Origin: Candidatus Moraniibacteriota bacterium
Lineage (GTDB): Bacteria; Patescibacteriota; Minisyncoccia; Moranbacterales; UBA1568
Reading direction: 5' to 3'
NCBI GenBank assembly: GCA_963743885.1
Contig: CAVURJ010000001.1
Coordinates: forward strand, 566,321 to 630,320
Length of the DNA: 64,000 bases
This document shows positions 27,484-37,168 of the stretch, piece after piece. Each line of letters starts with the position of its first letter. Position 1 is the first letter of the stretch. The notes beneath the pieces are model-generated. The model was not told the origin of the DNA, ran no database searches, and saw only the letters and a program-made list of their open reading frames with translations. The translations under genes were made by a program, and so were the position numbers.

Positions 27484-28443
27484 ATGAAGATACTCATCAC
27501 AGGCGGGGCTGGTTTCATTGGGAGCGCGACAGCGAAGAAGCTCATGGATCGCGGTGATACGCCGATCTTGATCGACAATTTCAATGATTATTATGATCCG
27601 CAGTTGAAGAAGGATCGTATCTCGAAGTTGCTTAAGGGCTACAAGGGCCGGTACACGTTGTACAAGGGTGATATCCGTGATCAGAAGTTCATCGAACGCG
27701 TCTTCAAGAAGGAACGTCCGGCGAAGGTACTCAATCTGGCGGCGATGGCCGGCGTGCGCAATTCGCTCCTCGATCCGCGCCTGTATGCTGATGTGAATGT
27801 GATGGGCTTCATCAATCTGCTCGAGGCGGCGGTGAAGTACAAAGTCAAGAACTTCGTCTACGCGTCGTCCTCGTCGGTCTATGGCAACAATACCAAGGTG
27901 CCGTTTGCGGAGACTGATCCGGTTGATACACCGATCTCGCCGTATGCCGCGACCAAGAAAGCGAATGAGCTTATTGCACATACCTATAGTCATATCTATA
28001 AGCTTCCGACGACCGGGCTCCGCTATTTCACCGTTTATGGCCCGTGGGGTCGGCCGGATATGGCGCTCTACAAGTTCGTGAAGAATACGTTTTCCGGTGA
28101 GTCAATCGATGTCTACAACCGCGGCAAGATGAGCCGCAACTTCACGTATATCGATGATATCGTTTCCGGCACGATCGTCGCGCTCGATACGCTGCAGCCG
28201 TATGCGGTCATGAACATCGGTGGTGACCGCGAGGAGACGCTCATGCGCTTCATTGAAGTGATCGAGGAGAATGTCGGCAAGAAGGCGAAGAAGCGGATGC
28301 TGCCGATCCAGCCGGGCGACGTGCCGTCGACGGTCGCGGATATCCGGAAGCTCCGGAAGCTTGGCTGGAAGCCGACGACCCGAATCGAGCAGGGCATCAA
28401 GAATTTCGTCGATTGGTATCGCGAGTACTATAAGGTAGCGTAA
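27484..28443 (+). CDS. NAD-dependent nucleotide-sugar epimerase (UDP-glucuronate / UDP-GlcNAc 4-epimerase-like SDR)
   Basis: ILITGGAGFIGS Rossmann motif, the YAATK catalytic motif (SPYAATKKANE), and extended-SDR features. Confidence 0.85.
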   Translation: MKILITGGAGFIGSATAKKLMDRGDTPILIDNFNDYYDPQLKKDRISKLLKGYKGRYTLYKGDIRDQKFIERVFKKERPAKVLNLAAMAGVRNSLLDPRLYADVNVMGFINLLEAAVKYKVKNFVYASSSSVYGNNTKVPFAETDPVDTPISPYAATKKANELIAHTYSHIYKLPTTGLRYFTVYGPWGRPDMALYKFVKNTFSGESIDVYNRGKMSRNFTYIDDIVSGTIVALDTLQPYAVMNIGGDREETLMRFIEVIEENVGKKAKKRMLPIQPGDVPSTVADIRKLRKLGWKPTTRIEQGIKNFVDWYREYYKVA

Positions 28444-28631
28444 GAGCCTATCCCAATAGATTACCGCGGAAGTAAAAAAAGAAACCTCGCTTGTCGGCTG
28501 AAATTCCAGAATTTCGGCTGCAAATCCTGAAAGACTCGGCGGAATAGCTACAGTATCCCTTCTCCTCTTTCAGAGATTTTCGCTCGAAATTCTGGAATTT
28601 GCATCTCGACATACTCTATTGGGATAGGCTC
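28444..28631. repeat. Nested ~190-bp palindrome with three tiers of inverted repeats
   Basis: Outer arms gagcctatcccaataga / tctattgggataggctc (17 bp, perfect). Middle arms gaaattccagaatttc / gaaattctggaattt. Inner arms cctgaaaga / tctttcagag. Confidence 0.7.
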
Positions 28632-28760
28632 TAGGGGGAATGAATCCCGTTAGAAGCCGCGGCCACGACTGTTTTTTTGGTGGGATTTCGTTTGTCGATG
28701 ATAAGTATTGTATATTAGGTATGGCGCGACGATATGTGGTCGCGACCTGCTTCTAACGGG

Positions 28761-29933
28761 ATGAGAATAGCGCTGGTCCATGATTATCTGGTGCAGTACG
28801 GCGGAGCTGAGCGAGTGCTTGAAGCGTTCACCGAGCTTTATCCGTACGCGCCGATCTATACACTCATCCATGATCGCGAGGCGATGCATGGCGTTTTTGA
28901 CGATAAGCGGATCTACACGTCGTTTCTCCAGAAACTGCCGTTCTCGCGCAAGCGTCACCGCTTCTTCCCGCCACTCATGCCACTTGCGATCGAGCAGTTC
29001 GATTTTTCGAAATACGATGTCGTGCTGTCCGATTCGTCGAGCTATGCCAAGGGCATCATCACTCGTCCAGAGACACTCCATATCTCGTATGTGCATACGC
29101 CGATGCGCTATGCCTGGGACGACTGTCAGAAGTACACGCAGGACTTCGGCCTGCCGCGCTTCGTGAAGCGTTTGGTGCCGTTTTTCATGAATCCAATCCG
29201 GATCTGGGACAAGGCGAGCGCTGATCGCGTCGACCGTTTTTTGGCGAATTCTCAGTTCGTCGCCAAGCGTATTGCGAAATACTATCGCAAAGAGGCGACA
29301 GTCATCCATCCGCCGGTCAATGTGGACCGTTTCTATGTCGCTCGGCCGGAAGATCGCAAAGACTACTTTCTCATGGTAGGGCGGCTCATCGCGTACAAGC
29401 GTCACGATATCGCTATCGAGGCGTTCAACCGGCTGAAGCTCCCGCTCAAGATCATCGGTCGCGGTCCGGAGTTCGACCGTCTGAAGAAGCTGGCTGGACC
29501 GACGATCGAATTCCTCGGGCGTGTACCGGAAGAGGAGTTGCCGAAACAGTATGCTGAGTGTCGCGCGTTCGTCTTTCCACAGGAAGAGGATTTCGGCATC
29601 GTGGCGATCGAGGCGATGGCTGCCGGCCGACCGCTTATCGCCTATCGGGGCGGTGATATCGTCGAGCACCTCGAGGCAGGCAGGATGGGAGAGCTCTTCG
29701 ATGTCCAGAGCGCCGATGCGATCGAGGCGGCGGTACGCTCCTTCGATGAGAGCCACTATGACCCGGCTTATATTCGCTCCAAGTCGCTCTCCTTTGACAA
29801 AGAGCGGTTTAAGGCTACAATAAAGGACTATGTTGAAAATGCTCTCCAAGAGCATTTAATATCTAATTCCAAATTTCTAATTTCTAATGAAATATCTAAT
29901 GTCTCAATTCCGAATTCTAGCATTAGACATTAG
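28761..29933 (+). CDS. Glycosyltransferase family 4
   Basis: MRIALVHDYLVQYGGAERV is a typical GT4 N-terminus. The ORF track starts it at 28734. The C-terminal tail runs into the low-complexity spacer, so the true stop is uncertain. Confidence 0.8.
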   Translation: MRIALVHDYLVQYGGAERVLEAFTELYPYAPIYTLIHDREAMHGVFDDKRIYTSFLQKLPFSRKRHRFFPPLMPLAIEQFDFSKYDVVLSDSSSYAKGIITRPETLHISYVHTPMRYAWDDCQKYTQDFGLPRFVKRLVPFFMNPIRIWDKASADRVDRFLANSQFVAKRIAKYYRKEATVIHPPVNVDRFYVARPEDRKDYFLMVGRLIAYKRHDIAIEAFNRLKLPLKIIGRGPEFDRLKKLAGPTIEFLGRVPEEELPKQYAECRAFVFPQEEDFGIVAIEAMAAGRPLIAYRGGDIVEHLEAGRMGELFDVQSADAIEAAVRSFDESHYDPAYIRSKSLSFDKERFKATIKDYVENALQEHLISNSKFLISNEISNVSIPNSSIRH

Positions 29934-29960
29934 GATTTTTGTTAGGAATTAGTAATTAGA
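29856..29960. repeat. Low-complexity imperfect inverted repeat spacer (ctaatttctaat / attagaaattag words)
   Basis: Read directly from the sequence. Confidence 0.45.
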
Positions 29961-29976
29961 TATTGGAAATTATCTT

Positions 29977-30603
29977 ATGGAGTTTCGAGAGTATATTGAT
30001 ATCTTCAGGAAGCAGGCGAGGGCGTTCTGGCTCATTGCTGCTTTGCCGGTCGCAATCGCGTTCGCATGGCAGAGCCTCCAGCCGAAATCGTTCGATGCGG
30101 CTTTGCTCATCAATATCGGTCGTTCCGGCACACAGCAGACGACGGAGTATGCGTATGATGACTTCTATCGTCTCCAGGCCGATGAGCGGTTTGCTGATAC
30201 AGTGGTCCGCTGGCTCCAGTCGCCGCGCGTCGTCGAAGATATCTATGCCGAGGCCAAGATCGATACCGATGCGATCGGGCTGCGCGGGCTGAAGGGGTCG
30301 TTCTCTGGTAAGCGACTTTCTTCGCAGATGATCGAAGTGACGTATGGTGCCAGGAATGAACGCCAGGCCGTCGAGCTTTCGCGCGCCATCGTTTCCGTCC
30401 TCAATCGCTACACGGAAAGCTTGGATCAGGAGGGGAGCGAGCCGGGATGGTTCTCGGTGATCGGGAGTGATCCGGTCATCCGCGACGGTCGGACGAATCT
30501 TCTGGTCGCGCTCGGCATCGGCGCAGCCATCGGCATCTTCCTTGGGTTTTGGATTGTTCTCATCAGGCATTATTTCCAGTCAACAAAAAACAAACAACAG
30601 TAA
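29977..30603 (+). CDS. Wzz/PCP-like polysaccharide chain-length determinant domain protein (two TM helices, one at each end)
   Basis: N-terminal TM, a periplasmic segment and a C-terminal TM (LLVALGIGAAIGIFLGFWIVLI). Its topology and composition resemble Wzz N-terminal domain proteins. A paralog is at 56092. Confidence 0.45.
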   Translation: MEFREYIDIFRKQARAFWLIAALPVAIAFAWQSLQPKSFDAALLINIGRSGTQQTTEYAYDDFYRLQADERFADTVVRWLQSPRVVEDIYAEAKIDTDAIGLRGLKGSFSGKRLSSQMIEVTYGARNERQAVELSRAIVSVLNRYTESLDQEGSEPGWFSVIGSDPVIRDGRTNLLVALGIGAAIGIFLGFWIVLIRHYFQSTKNKQQ

Positions 30604-30670
30604 ACGGAGAATGGGATGCTGAAGACGGATGATTTCTTGTTAACTGTTAGCTGTTGATTGTTCGCTGGAT

Positions 30671-31828
30671 ATGAAGATTGGCATAGACGTGCGGTGCCTC
30701 GCGGAGGGGAAGCGTACCGGAGTCGAAGAATACGTGATCGGGCTTTTGGAGGAGCTCTTCAAGCAGGATACGGAGAACGAGTATGTGCTCTTTTTCAACG
30801 CGCGCCGGTATGCTGTTCCTGATATCGCTCTCCGATGGGAGGCGGAGCATTCTCGTGTTTCCATCAAGTCTTTCCGTTTTCCGAACAAGCTGCTCAATCT
30901 CTCGCTCTGGTATCTCGGTTGGCCGAAGCTCGACCGTCTCGTTGGCGGTACGGATGTTTTTTTCTTGCCCAATCTCAATTTTGCGGCCGTGTCGCGGAAG
31001 ACGAAGCTTGTTGTGACGGCGCATGACCTTTCCTTCGAGCTCTATCCCGAGACGTTCTCCTGGCAGCGTCGTTTCTGGCATTTTCTCGTTGATTTCCGCC
31101 GCCTTGTCCGCCGAGCGGATTGGATCATCGCTGTTTCGCAGTCGACCAAGAGCGATCTTTCCTCGTACTACGGCATTCCGGAAGCGAAGATCACTGTCGT
31201 TCGGAGCGGTATCGCGGAGCGGTTCGTGTCGCTTTCCCGGAACGACCCGGCGTTGCTCGCGGTCAAGGAACGCTACCATCTGCCGTACCGGTTTATCCTC
31301 TCGCTTGGTACGTTTGAGCCGCGCAAGAATGCTATCTCGCTCATCCGGGCTTATGAAGCACTCATGGACCTCAAGCACCCGGTCCTCAGCCGGTATCACC
31401 TGGTCCTTGCCGGAGCGCGGGGTTGGAAGTGTGAAGACATCTATCAAGCGATTGAACAGTCGCCGCATCGCGATACGATTATCCTGACTGGCTTCGTGGA
31501 TGACCAGGACAAGCCGGCGCTCTACAGTCTTGCATCCGTATTCGCCTACCCGTCATTCTACGAAGGATTCGGATTCCCGCCACTTGAGGCGATGGCGTGC
31601 GGTGTGCCGGTGATTGTCTCGCATTCGTCGTCGCTCCCCGAGGTAGTCGGGGATGCGGGCGTCATGATCGATCCCTATCGTCCTGATGAACTTTTCCGTG
31701 CGCTTGACGAGACGCTCCGCGACCAGGAATTCCTCCAGTCGCTCCGTACACGCGGATCGGCGCGCGCCGCTTCGTTTACCTGGCGTGAGACTGCTCGTCA
31801 GACGCTCGATCTTTTCCGCTCGTTTTAG
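30671..31828 (+). CDS. Glycosyltransferase family 4
   Basis: [20 protein letters not shown] motif. Confidence 0.8.
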   Translation: MKIGIDVRCLAEGKRTGVEEYVIGLLEELFKQDTENEYVLFFNARRYAVPDIALRWEAEHSRVSIKSFRFPNKLLNLSLWYLGWPKLDRLVGGTDVFFLPNLNFAAVSRKTKLVVTAHDLSFELYPETFSWQRRFWHFLVDFRRLVRRADWIIAVSQSTKSDLSSYYGIPEAKITVVRSGIAERFVSLSRNDPALLAVKERYHLPYRFILSLGTFEPRKNAISLIRAYEALMDLKHPVLSRYHLVLAGARGWKCEDIYQAIEQSPHRDTIILTGFVDDQDKPALYSLASVFAYPSFYEGFGFPPLEAMACGVPVIVSHSSSLPEVVGDAGVMIDPYRPDELFRALDETLRDQEFLQSLRTRGSARAASFTWRETARQTLDLFRSF

Positions 31829-32161
31829 TCGGGCGGTTTTTTCTGTGGGGGGGGTTGTAAGATTACTCTGAGCAGTGCGTTTTATACCATGACGGGCTAC
31901 GGACCCGGTCTTATTGACAGATATTTTTCTTTTCTCTTGAGAACAGGGGTAAGATAAGAAGGTATCGGTCGGTGGGCTTCGGTCCGTTCGCCTGTCGCCA
32001 ATGAATCAGATCAATAAAAGAAGAAAGAAAAGAGGCGTCGAGCCTCTTTTTCGTTTTTCGATTCGTCCGGAATTGGTTTTTTGTGTAGAATGCGAACGTG
32101 GGTCATGGTTCGTTCACAACATGGCTTTTTTTGTTTCCAATCTTTTCCAAGGAGAACAAAA

Positions 32162-33442
32162 ATGGATGCGGGATACCTTTCACGGTACAGGTCGTCGTAT
32201 AGTCTGTTTTATGAGGGTTGTCTTGAGAAAGGGAGATTCAGGAATCGGTATGTCGCCGAAGGGACATCACTCGGCACCGGGATCGTTATCGAGGGTATCG
32301 GGCCAGTGATTTCTTTTTCCAACTTCGATACTCTCGGTATCGGTGCCTCTGCCGAGGCTAAGGAAGCCGCGATGCGGAACCTCTCTGTGTATGGGTTCGG
32401 ATTCTCCAATTCCCGCATGGCGCTCGATTCGGACGCGCACGTCCGGCTCGAGCGGGTCATACGGCAGTTCAAGCGTGCGGAAGCGTGTGTCGGAGTGGTA
32501 GGCGGATACGCTGCCAACGAGATGCTCCTTTCGCTGCTTCTCGCGCGGAAGGTGAAGACGTTCGGTGGTGGCCGGCTGCGCATAGCATCGGATGCGCTTG
32601 TCTGCGTGGACGAGTTTTCTCATGCATCGATTCAGAACGCGGTCGGCGTGTATAGGAATGATCCGAAAGTCATCATCAGGCCGTTCCGTCATGCCGATTA
32701 CGTGCAGCTCGAAGAATTGCTGGCGCCGACGGCTGACAGGGATGATTTCGACCGCTTTATCGTGGTCGACAGCTTGTTTTCCGTGAATGGCGATTTCGCC
32801 GACGTGAAGCGGCTGCACGCGCTTGCCAGGCAGTATCGCGCCTTCCTCGTGATTGACAATGCTCATAGCGACGGAGGGTACGGACCGCAAGGGAGAGGGG
32901 TGGTCGAGGATGCAGGTATCTGCGATCCAGAGGATCTCGGATGCATCTTCCAGTCCGGAACGTTCAGTAAGACGCTGGCTGGGGCGGTCGGAGGATATGT
33001 AACTATTTTCTCCGAGTTAGCGGATCTGGCACGAGCTTCGGATCAGCGGGCGGTTTTTTCGGCCGGATTGCCGAGTTTCCTCGTAGCGACGTATGCGGAT
33101 CTCGTAGAGATGATCCAGGGACCGCTGGGCGACGAGCGCCGTACGCGTCTCGCGCGCAACTCGGCGTTCTTGCGCGAAGCATTGAAAGAGAAGGGATTCG
33201 ATACGATGGAATCGGCCTCCCATATCATCCCGGTCGTTACCGGGGATGAAGGTAGGAGGTGCTATGCCATCCAAGACTATCTTCTGCGTGATCGCCGCCA
33301 GTTCTACACCGCTATGAAGTGGCCGTCCGTACCGAAGAGGCGCGATCTCATAAGGATCGTCGTTTCAGCCCTGCATACGGATTCCCATCTTGAGCAGGTG
33401 GTGGGCGCCTTTGTCGGTGCGCGGGAAAAGTTCCGGTTCTGA
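32162..33442 (+). CDS. PLP-dependent alpha-oxoamine synthase family enzyme (8-amino-7-oxononanoate synthase / serine palmitoyltransferase-like)
   Basis: The PLP lysine sits in GTFSKTLAGAVGGYV, with class-II aminotransferase fold motifs. An AGGAGAA ribosome-binding site lies 7 nt before the ATG at 32162. The ORF track begins the frame at 32081. Confidence 0.7.
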   Translation: MDAGYLSRYRSSYSLFYEGCLEKGRFRNRYVAEGTSLGTGIVIEGIGPVISFSNFDTLGIGASAEAKEAAMRNLSVYGFGFSNSRMALDSDAHVRLERVIRQFKRAEACVGVVGGYAANEMLLSLLLARKVKTFGGGRLRIASDALVCVDEFSHASIQNAVGVYRNDPKVIIRPFRHADYVQLEELLAPTADRDDFDRFIVVDSLFSVNGDFADVKRLHALARQYRAFLVIDNAHSDGGYGPQGRGVVEDAGICDPEDLGCIFQSGTFSKTLAGAVGGYVTIFSELADLARASDQRAVFSAGLPSFLVATYADLVEMIQGPLGDERRTRLARNSAFLREALKEKGFDTMESASHIIPVVTGDEGRRCYAIQDYLLRDRRQFYTAMKWPSVPKRRDLIRIVVSALHTDSHLEQVVGAFVGAREKFRF

Positions 33443-33526
33443 ACCTCGTATAAGGTACCGCTCTCATGTTACAATGTGATATGAGGGCGGCACCTGTTTT
33501 TTTGCGTTATCGAATACCAGCTTAGT

Positions 33527-35149
33527 ATGGGCCAGATCATTCTTGTAGCAGCCATATTGAATATCTTCCTCGGGGCACTCGCTTTGGGAAGAGGCGAGAG
33601 AAAGAAAGAGATCATTTCTTTCGGTTGGTTCTGCATCATTACTGGCTTTTGGGGACTTTCGAATTTCATCGCGTACTATGTTTTTTTTGATGCGGTCCTT
33701 GTCCGGCTGACATATGCCTCTGGTGCGCTCATGGTCGCATCGCTCTTTGCCTGGTCGCTTTTCTACAACGGCCAACTCAAAAGCTATCGGTTGCATATCA
33801 CGGCCTATCTCGCCGGTATCATCATGGGAATACTCTCGATGTTTGACGGATTCGTTGTCGGGGCGATCCGAAGCGTGAGCGTGAGCGGCATCGACGCGGA
33901 TGAAGGCCGATTCTTCGGTCTCTTCAGTCTTTATCTTTTCCTGATGATTATCGGATCGGTTGTCCATGTCGCTATTCTTCGGCATCGGTTTTCCGGTCTT
34001 AAGAGACGTCAGGCGGGGTTTGTCCTGATCGGTGTCTCTATTTTCATGCTCAATACCCTTTTGGTGAGCGGTGTGTTGCCGACATTCGGTATTTTTGACT
34101 ATACCAATCTTGATAGCCCGAGTTCGCTCATCTTCGTCCTGTTCACTATGGTAGCCGTGGTACGTCATAGGCTGCTTGGCGCTAAAGTCATCCTGGCGCA
34201 GGTTTTGGTGGGTGTCCTTGTGGCGACTTCGCTCATCCAGCTGCTTAATTCCCGATCCTTTTCGGATTGGGTGATGAATTCTGTGGCATTGATGACGGTT
34301 CTTGTTGTTGGAGCGCTTCTTGTGAAAAGCGTTATGGACGAAGTGCGGCGCAAGGATGAGCTCGAAAGGATGACGAAGCAGCTGAAGGCTGCCAATCAGG
34401 AGCTGCGTCGATTGGATGTCGCCAAGTCGGAGTTCATTTCCATCGCGTCGCATCAGCTGCGCACGCCGCTCTCCGCCGTCAAAGGCTATGTTTCGCTCAT
34501 GCTCGAGGGATCATATGGTGTAGTAAGCACCAAGATGCAGGACGCACTCGATAAGGTGTATCTCATCAATGGTCACCTTGCTTCGCTCGTTGATGACCTC
34601 CTGGATATCTCACGTATCGAATCCGGGAAGGTAGAGTACCATTTTATCCCGCTCAGCCTTGAGCTGATCGTCTCTGAGATTGCCGACATGTTCGCTGTCT
34701 TAGCAAGGAGTAGGGGGGTATCTTTGGAGCTAGTCTCTCCGAAGAAACCGTTGCCGAAACTTCCGCTCGACGAGAGCAAGATACGTGAAGTCGTTTCGAA
34801 CCTCATCGACAATGCTCTCAAGTATACCGAGCGGGGCAGGGTGAAGGTGTCTTTCGAATCGCATGCGCGGTCGGTGCGGCTCATCGTTGAAGACACGGGC
34901 GCAGGCATCGCTGCTGAGGATATGCCGCGCCTTTTTGAGAAATTCATCCGCAGCCGCAACACATCGGTAATCGATGTCTCGGGCACTGGTCTCGGGCTCT
35001 ATGTGAGCCGCAATTTCATCGAAGCGCACGGCGGCCGGATCTGGGCAGAGTCTGAAGGTCTCGGCAGAGGCTCGCGTTTTATCGTGGAGTTGCCAATCCG
35101 ACGGGAGAAAAAAGTGGTTTCACTAGCAAAAACCGATTTTAGTCATTGA
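33527..35149 (+). CDS. Sensor histidine kinase with a polytopic N-terminal membrane domain
   Basis: HisKA H-box SEFISIASHQLRTPL, and HATPase_c motifs (N box, G1 DTGAGI, G2 GTGLGLYV). Confidence 0.85.
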   Translation: MGQIILVAAILNIFLGALALGRGERKKEIISFGWFCIITGFWGLSNFIAYYVFFDAVLVRLTYASGALMVASLFAWSLFYNGQLKSYRLHITAYLAGIIMGILSMFDGFVVGAIRSVSVSGIDADEGRFFGLFSLYLFLMIIGSVVHVAILRHRFSGLKRRQAGFVLIGVSIFMLNTLLVSGVLPTFGIFDYTNLDSPSSLIFVLFTMVAVVRHRLLGAKVILAQVLVGVLVATSLIQLLNSRSFSDWVMNSVALMTVLVVGALLVKSVMDEVRRKDELERMTKQLKAANQELRRLDVAKSEFISIASHQLRTPLSAVKGYVSLMLEGSYGVVSTKMQDALDKVYLINGHLASLVDDLLDISRIESGKVEYHFIPLSLELIVSEIADMFAVLARSRGVSLELVSPKKPLPKLPLDESKIREVVSNLIDNALKYTERGRVKVSFESHARSVRLIVEDTGAGIAAEDMPRLFEKFIRSRNTSVIDVSGTGLGLYVSRNFIEAHGGRIWAESEGLGRGSRFIVELPIRREKKVVSLAKTDFSH

Positions 35150-35197
35150 CAAAGTGGCTTTATTCTACTATTATTTAATGTGTAAGTTTTGAGTTAG

Positions 35198-35617
35198 TTG
35201 GTTTTTTTATACTATTTTTTAATGGATATGGAGGGACAGACGCATTTCGGTGAACATTTGATGCTGGATGGTTACGGTGGATCATTCGAAAAACTGAACG
35301 ACAAGGACTTGGTGCTCGCGTCGCTCAATGAACTACCAGAAATGCTTGATATGCATAAGCTGGCCGAACCTGAAGTATACTTTGCTGAGGGTAATGGAGG
35401 GAAGGATCCGGGCGGTTGGAGCGGCTTCGTTGTCATCCAGGAGAGTCATATCAGCATCCATACTTTTCCAGCTCGCGGATTCGTGAGCATCGATGCGTAT
35501 ACCTGTAAGAACGGACTGGATACGGAGAGGGTTATCGGGTATTTCACTGATCGTTTCGAACTCAAGGATACTGAAGTGAATCTTATTGAGAGAGGAAAAA
35601 AATATACACAAGAATAA
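35198..35617 (+). CDS. speH: S-adenosylmethionine decarboxylase proenzyme (SpeH-type, pyruvoyl-dependent)
   Basis: ESHISIHTFP self-cleavage motif and DAYTCKNG. The protein is small, as in the archaeal/bacterial SpeH type. An alternative start is at 35225/35231. Confidence 0.75.
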   Translation: MVFLYYFLMDMEGQTHFGEHLMLDGYGGSFEKLNDKDLVLASLNELPEMLDMHKLAEPEVYFAEGNGGKDPGGWSGFVVIQESHISIHTFPARGFVSIDAYTCKNGLDTERVIGYFTDRFELKDTEVNLIERGKKYTQE

Positions 35618-35623
35618 ATTTCT

Positions 35624-35700
35624 TATTACCAAACGAAGCGAGTGAAACGAAAGCGTACTTTTGTTTCCGAGCGCAGTGTTGGTAAAATCGGGTCAATACC
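35624..35700 (+). repeat. ~80-nt intergenic repeat, copy 2
   Basis: attaccaaacgaagcgagtGAAACGAAAGcgtaCTTTTGTTTCcgagcgcagtgttggtaaaatcgggtcaataccc. Confidence 0.7.
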
Positions 35701-35770
35701 CGTTATTTTGATGTCACACTGGATATTTTCCAGGACATATTTCGGAATGAGTTATTTTGACAACCTTTGA

Positions 35771-36241
35771 TTGCCGAGGAGGCAGGAAATGAAACTGAGA
35801 AAGCAGCTGAGCTGGTTTACTGGCGCGCTGTTCGCGCTTCTTTGTGTGTTGTTTATCGTAACCTGGTGGCGTGACGGGTCAGAGTTTTTCAATGAGTCGT
35901 ATGGTATCGATCCGGTGCTTCTGACGGTAATTGCGATAGGTACGGAAGTGCTGTTCAATATCGGTGTCGTCATGATGCTGGTCGGGAGCGGGATGCACAG
36001 GCTGACCATTAAGGAAATATGGGATTTTGATTTTGAGAGAATCCGTTTTTCTGGTAATTTGGTGCATGTTGGATTCTGGTTGAACCGCGTTGTCTCGGCT
36101 GTGCCATCGAGCTATGTCTTGCTCGTCGGGTTTTCGAAGCTGCCTGGCTGGGTGAATACCCTTCTTTTTCTCGAGCTTTTTGGCGTAGTATTGGCCGGAT
36201 TTCTCATCAAGTCGTATCTTTTGGAAGAACGAACGGTTTGA
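35771..36241 (+). CDS. Small membrane protein, function unknown
   Basis: Three or four hydrophobic helices. Confidence 0.4.
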   Translation: MPRRQEMKLRKQLSWFTGALFALLCVLFIVTWWRDGSEFFNESYGIDPVLLTVIAIGTEVLFNIGVVMMLVGSGMHRLTIKEIWDFDFERIRFSGNLVHVGFWLNRVVSAVPSSYVLLVGFSKLPGWVNTLLFLELFGVVLAGFLIKSYLLEERTV

Positions 36242-36266
36242 AAGTATCTGGTTGGCATGTGTGACG

Positions 36267-36311
36267 AAAAAAAACAGCGGGAACGTTCCGAATGGAATGT
36301 TCCCGCTTTTC
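36267..36311. terminator. Bidirectional rho-independent terminator between convergent genes
   Basis: AAAAAAAA, then AGCGGGAAC ... GTTCCCGCT, then TTTT. Confidence 0.7.
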
Positions 36312-36313
36312 CT

Positions 36314-37030
36314 TTAGAGTAGCCATCGGCGAGCGAGACGCGCAATGTTGTCCATAATCTTTTTCGGAATCCATCGTGTGTATCGGTAGAACGGATTCGG
36401 ATAAAACATCAGGACCCCATAGTTACAACTGTCAGGATCTTCCATATATCCAGGAATAATCCGGATGACGTTGAATCCGTCGTTTTGATACATGCGAACT
36501 TCTGGGTCGCGGCTCCGACCGTTTTTACCGAAGACATGATCTTCTATGGTTGTTGTCGCTGACCGTTTTCTAAATCCCGGGACTCGTGATCCAAGGAAGA
36601 CTCCTTTTTTTCCGGAGAGAATCACGAAGAACAGGATACTTTTTTCGACTAATTGATCGCCTACATCTTTTCCTTGGGCAGATGGTAGGACCGAAAGGTC
36701 GAGACCGAATGCGCTATCACCATTTTTGTTGTGGGTTAAAAATGTTCCATCGGCACTGGTGATTTCCCAAGTTTCTGCATTGAGCGCATCGTGTTCATTT
36801 AAGTAAATAGCACTCATAGTTCCTACAACTACACCATTTTTTGTAGCGCAATAAATAGTGTTGGGACAATGTAGAAATTGAGAGAGAACCTTTTCTCTGG
36901 TCCATAAATAACGCTCTGGAACATCTGGCCATACTTCTCGATTGATTTCGACGAATCGGTCAGCAAGGGCGATTTGGTCGTGGCCATGATGAAGTAAATC
37001 AGCGATGCACTTAATTGTGGTGCGGTACAT
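36314..37030 (-). CDS. Putative GNAT-family N-acetyltransferase, encoded in an AT-rich region
   Basis: VLPSAQGKDVGDQLVEKSI resembles the GNAT acetyl-CoA binding motif A (Q/R-x-x-G-x-G/A). Composition is markedly lower in GC than the flanking sequence. Confidence 0.35.
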   Translation of the reverse strand: MYRTTIKCIADLLHHGHDQIALADRFVEINREVWPDVPERYLWTREKVLSQFLHCPNTIYCATKNGVVVGTMSAIYLNEHDALNAETWEITSADGTFLTHNKNGDSAFGLDLSVLPSAQGKDVGDQLVEKSILFFVILSGKKGVFLGSRVPGFRKRSATTTIEDHVFGKNGRSRDPEVRMYQNDGFNVIRIIPGYMEDPDSCNYGVLMFYPNPFYRYTRWIPKKIMDNIARLARRWLL

Positions 37031-37168
37031 GTAAGCTTCCTTTCTTTGTTAAAGATCAGCCAGGATTATCTCAAAATATTCTTGTTTAGTCAAGCCATTC
37101 CATACTAGTTGTCTTGCTGTTGAGAACAGAAAAAGATACTATGGTAGTAAATAAACCTGTATTCATTT

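Noticed and set aside
33464-34453. 329-aa minus-strand ORF antisense to the histidine kinase gene
   Set aside because: It lies entirely inside a confidently identified kinase gene on the other strand. It is a low-complexity H/K/R-rich translation typical of antisense frames.
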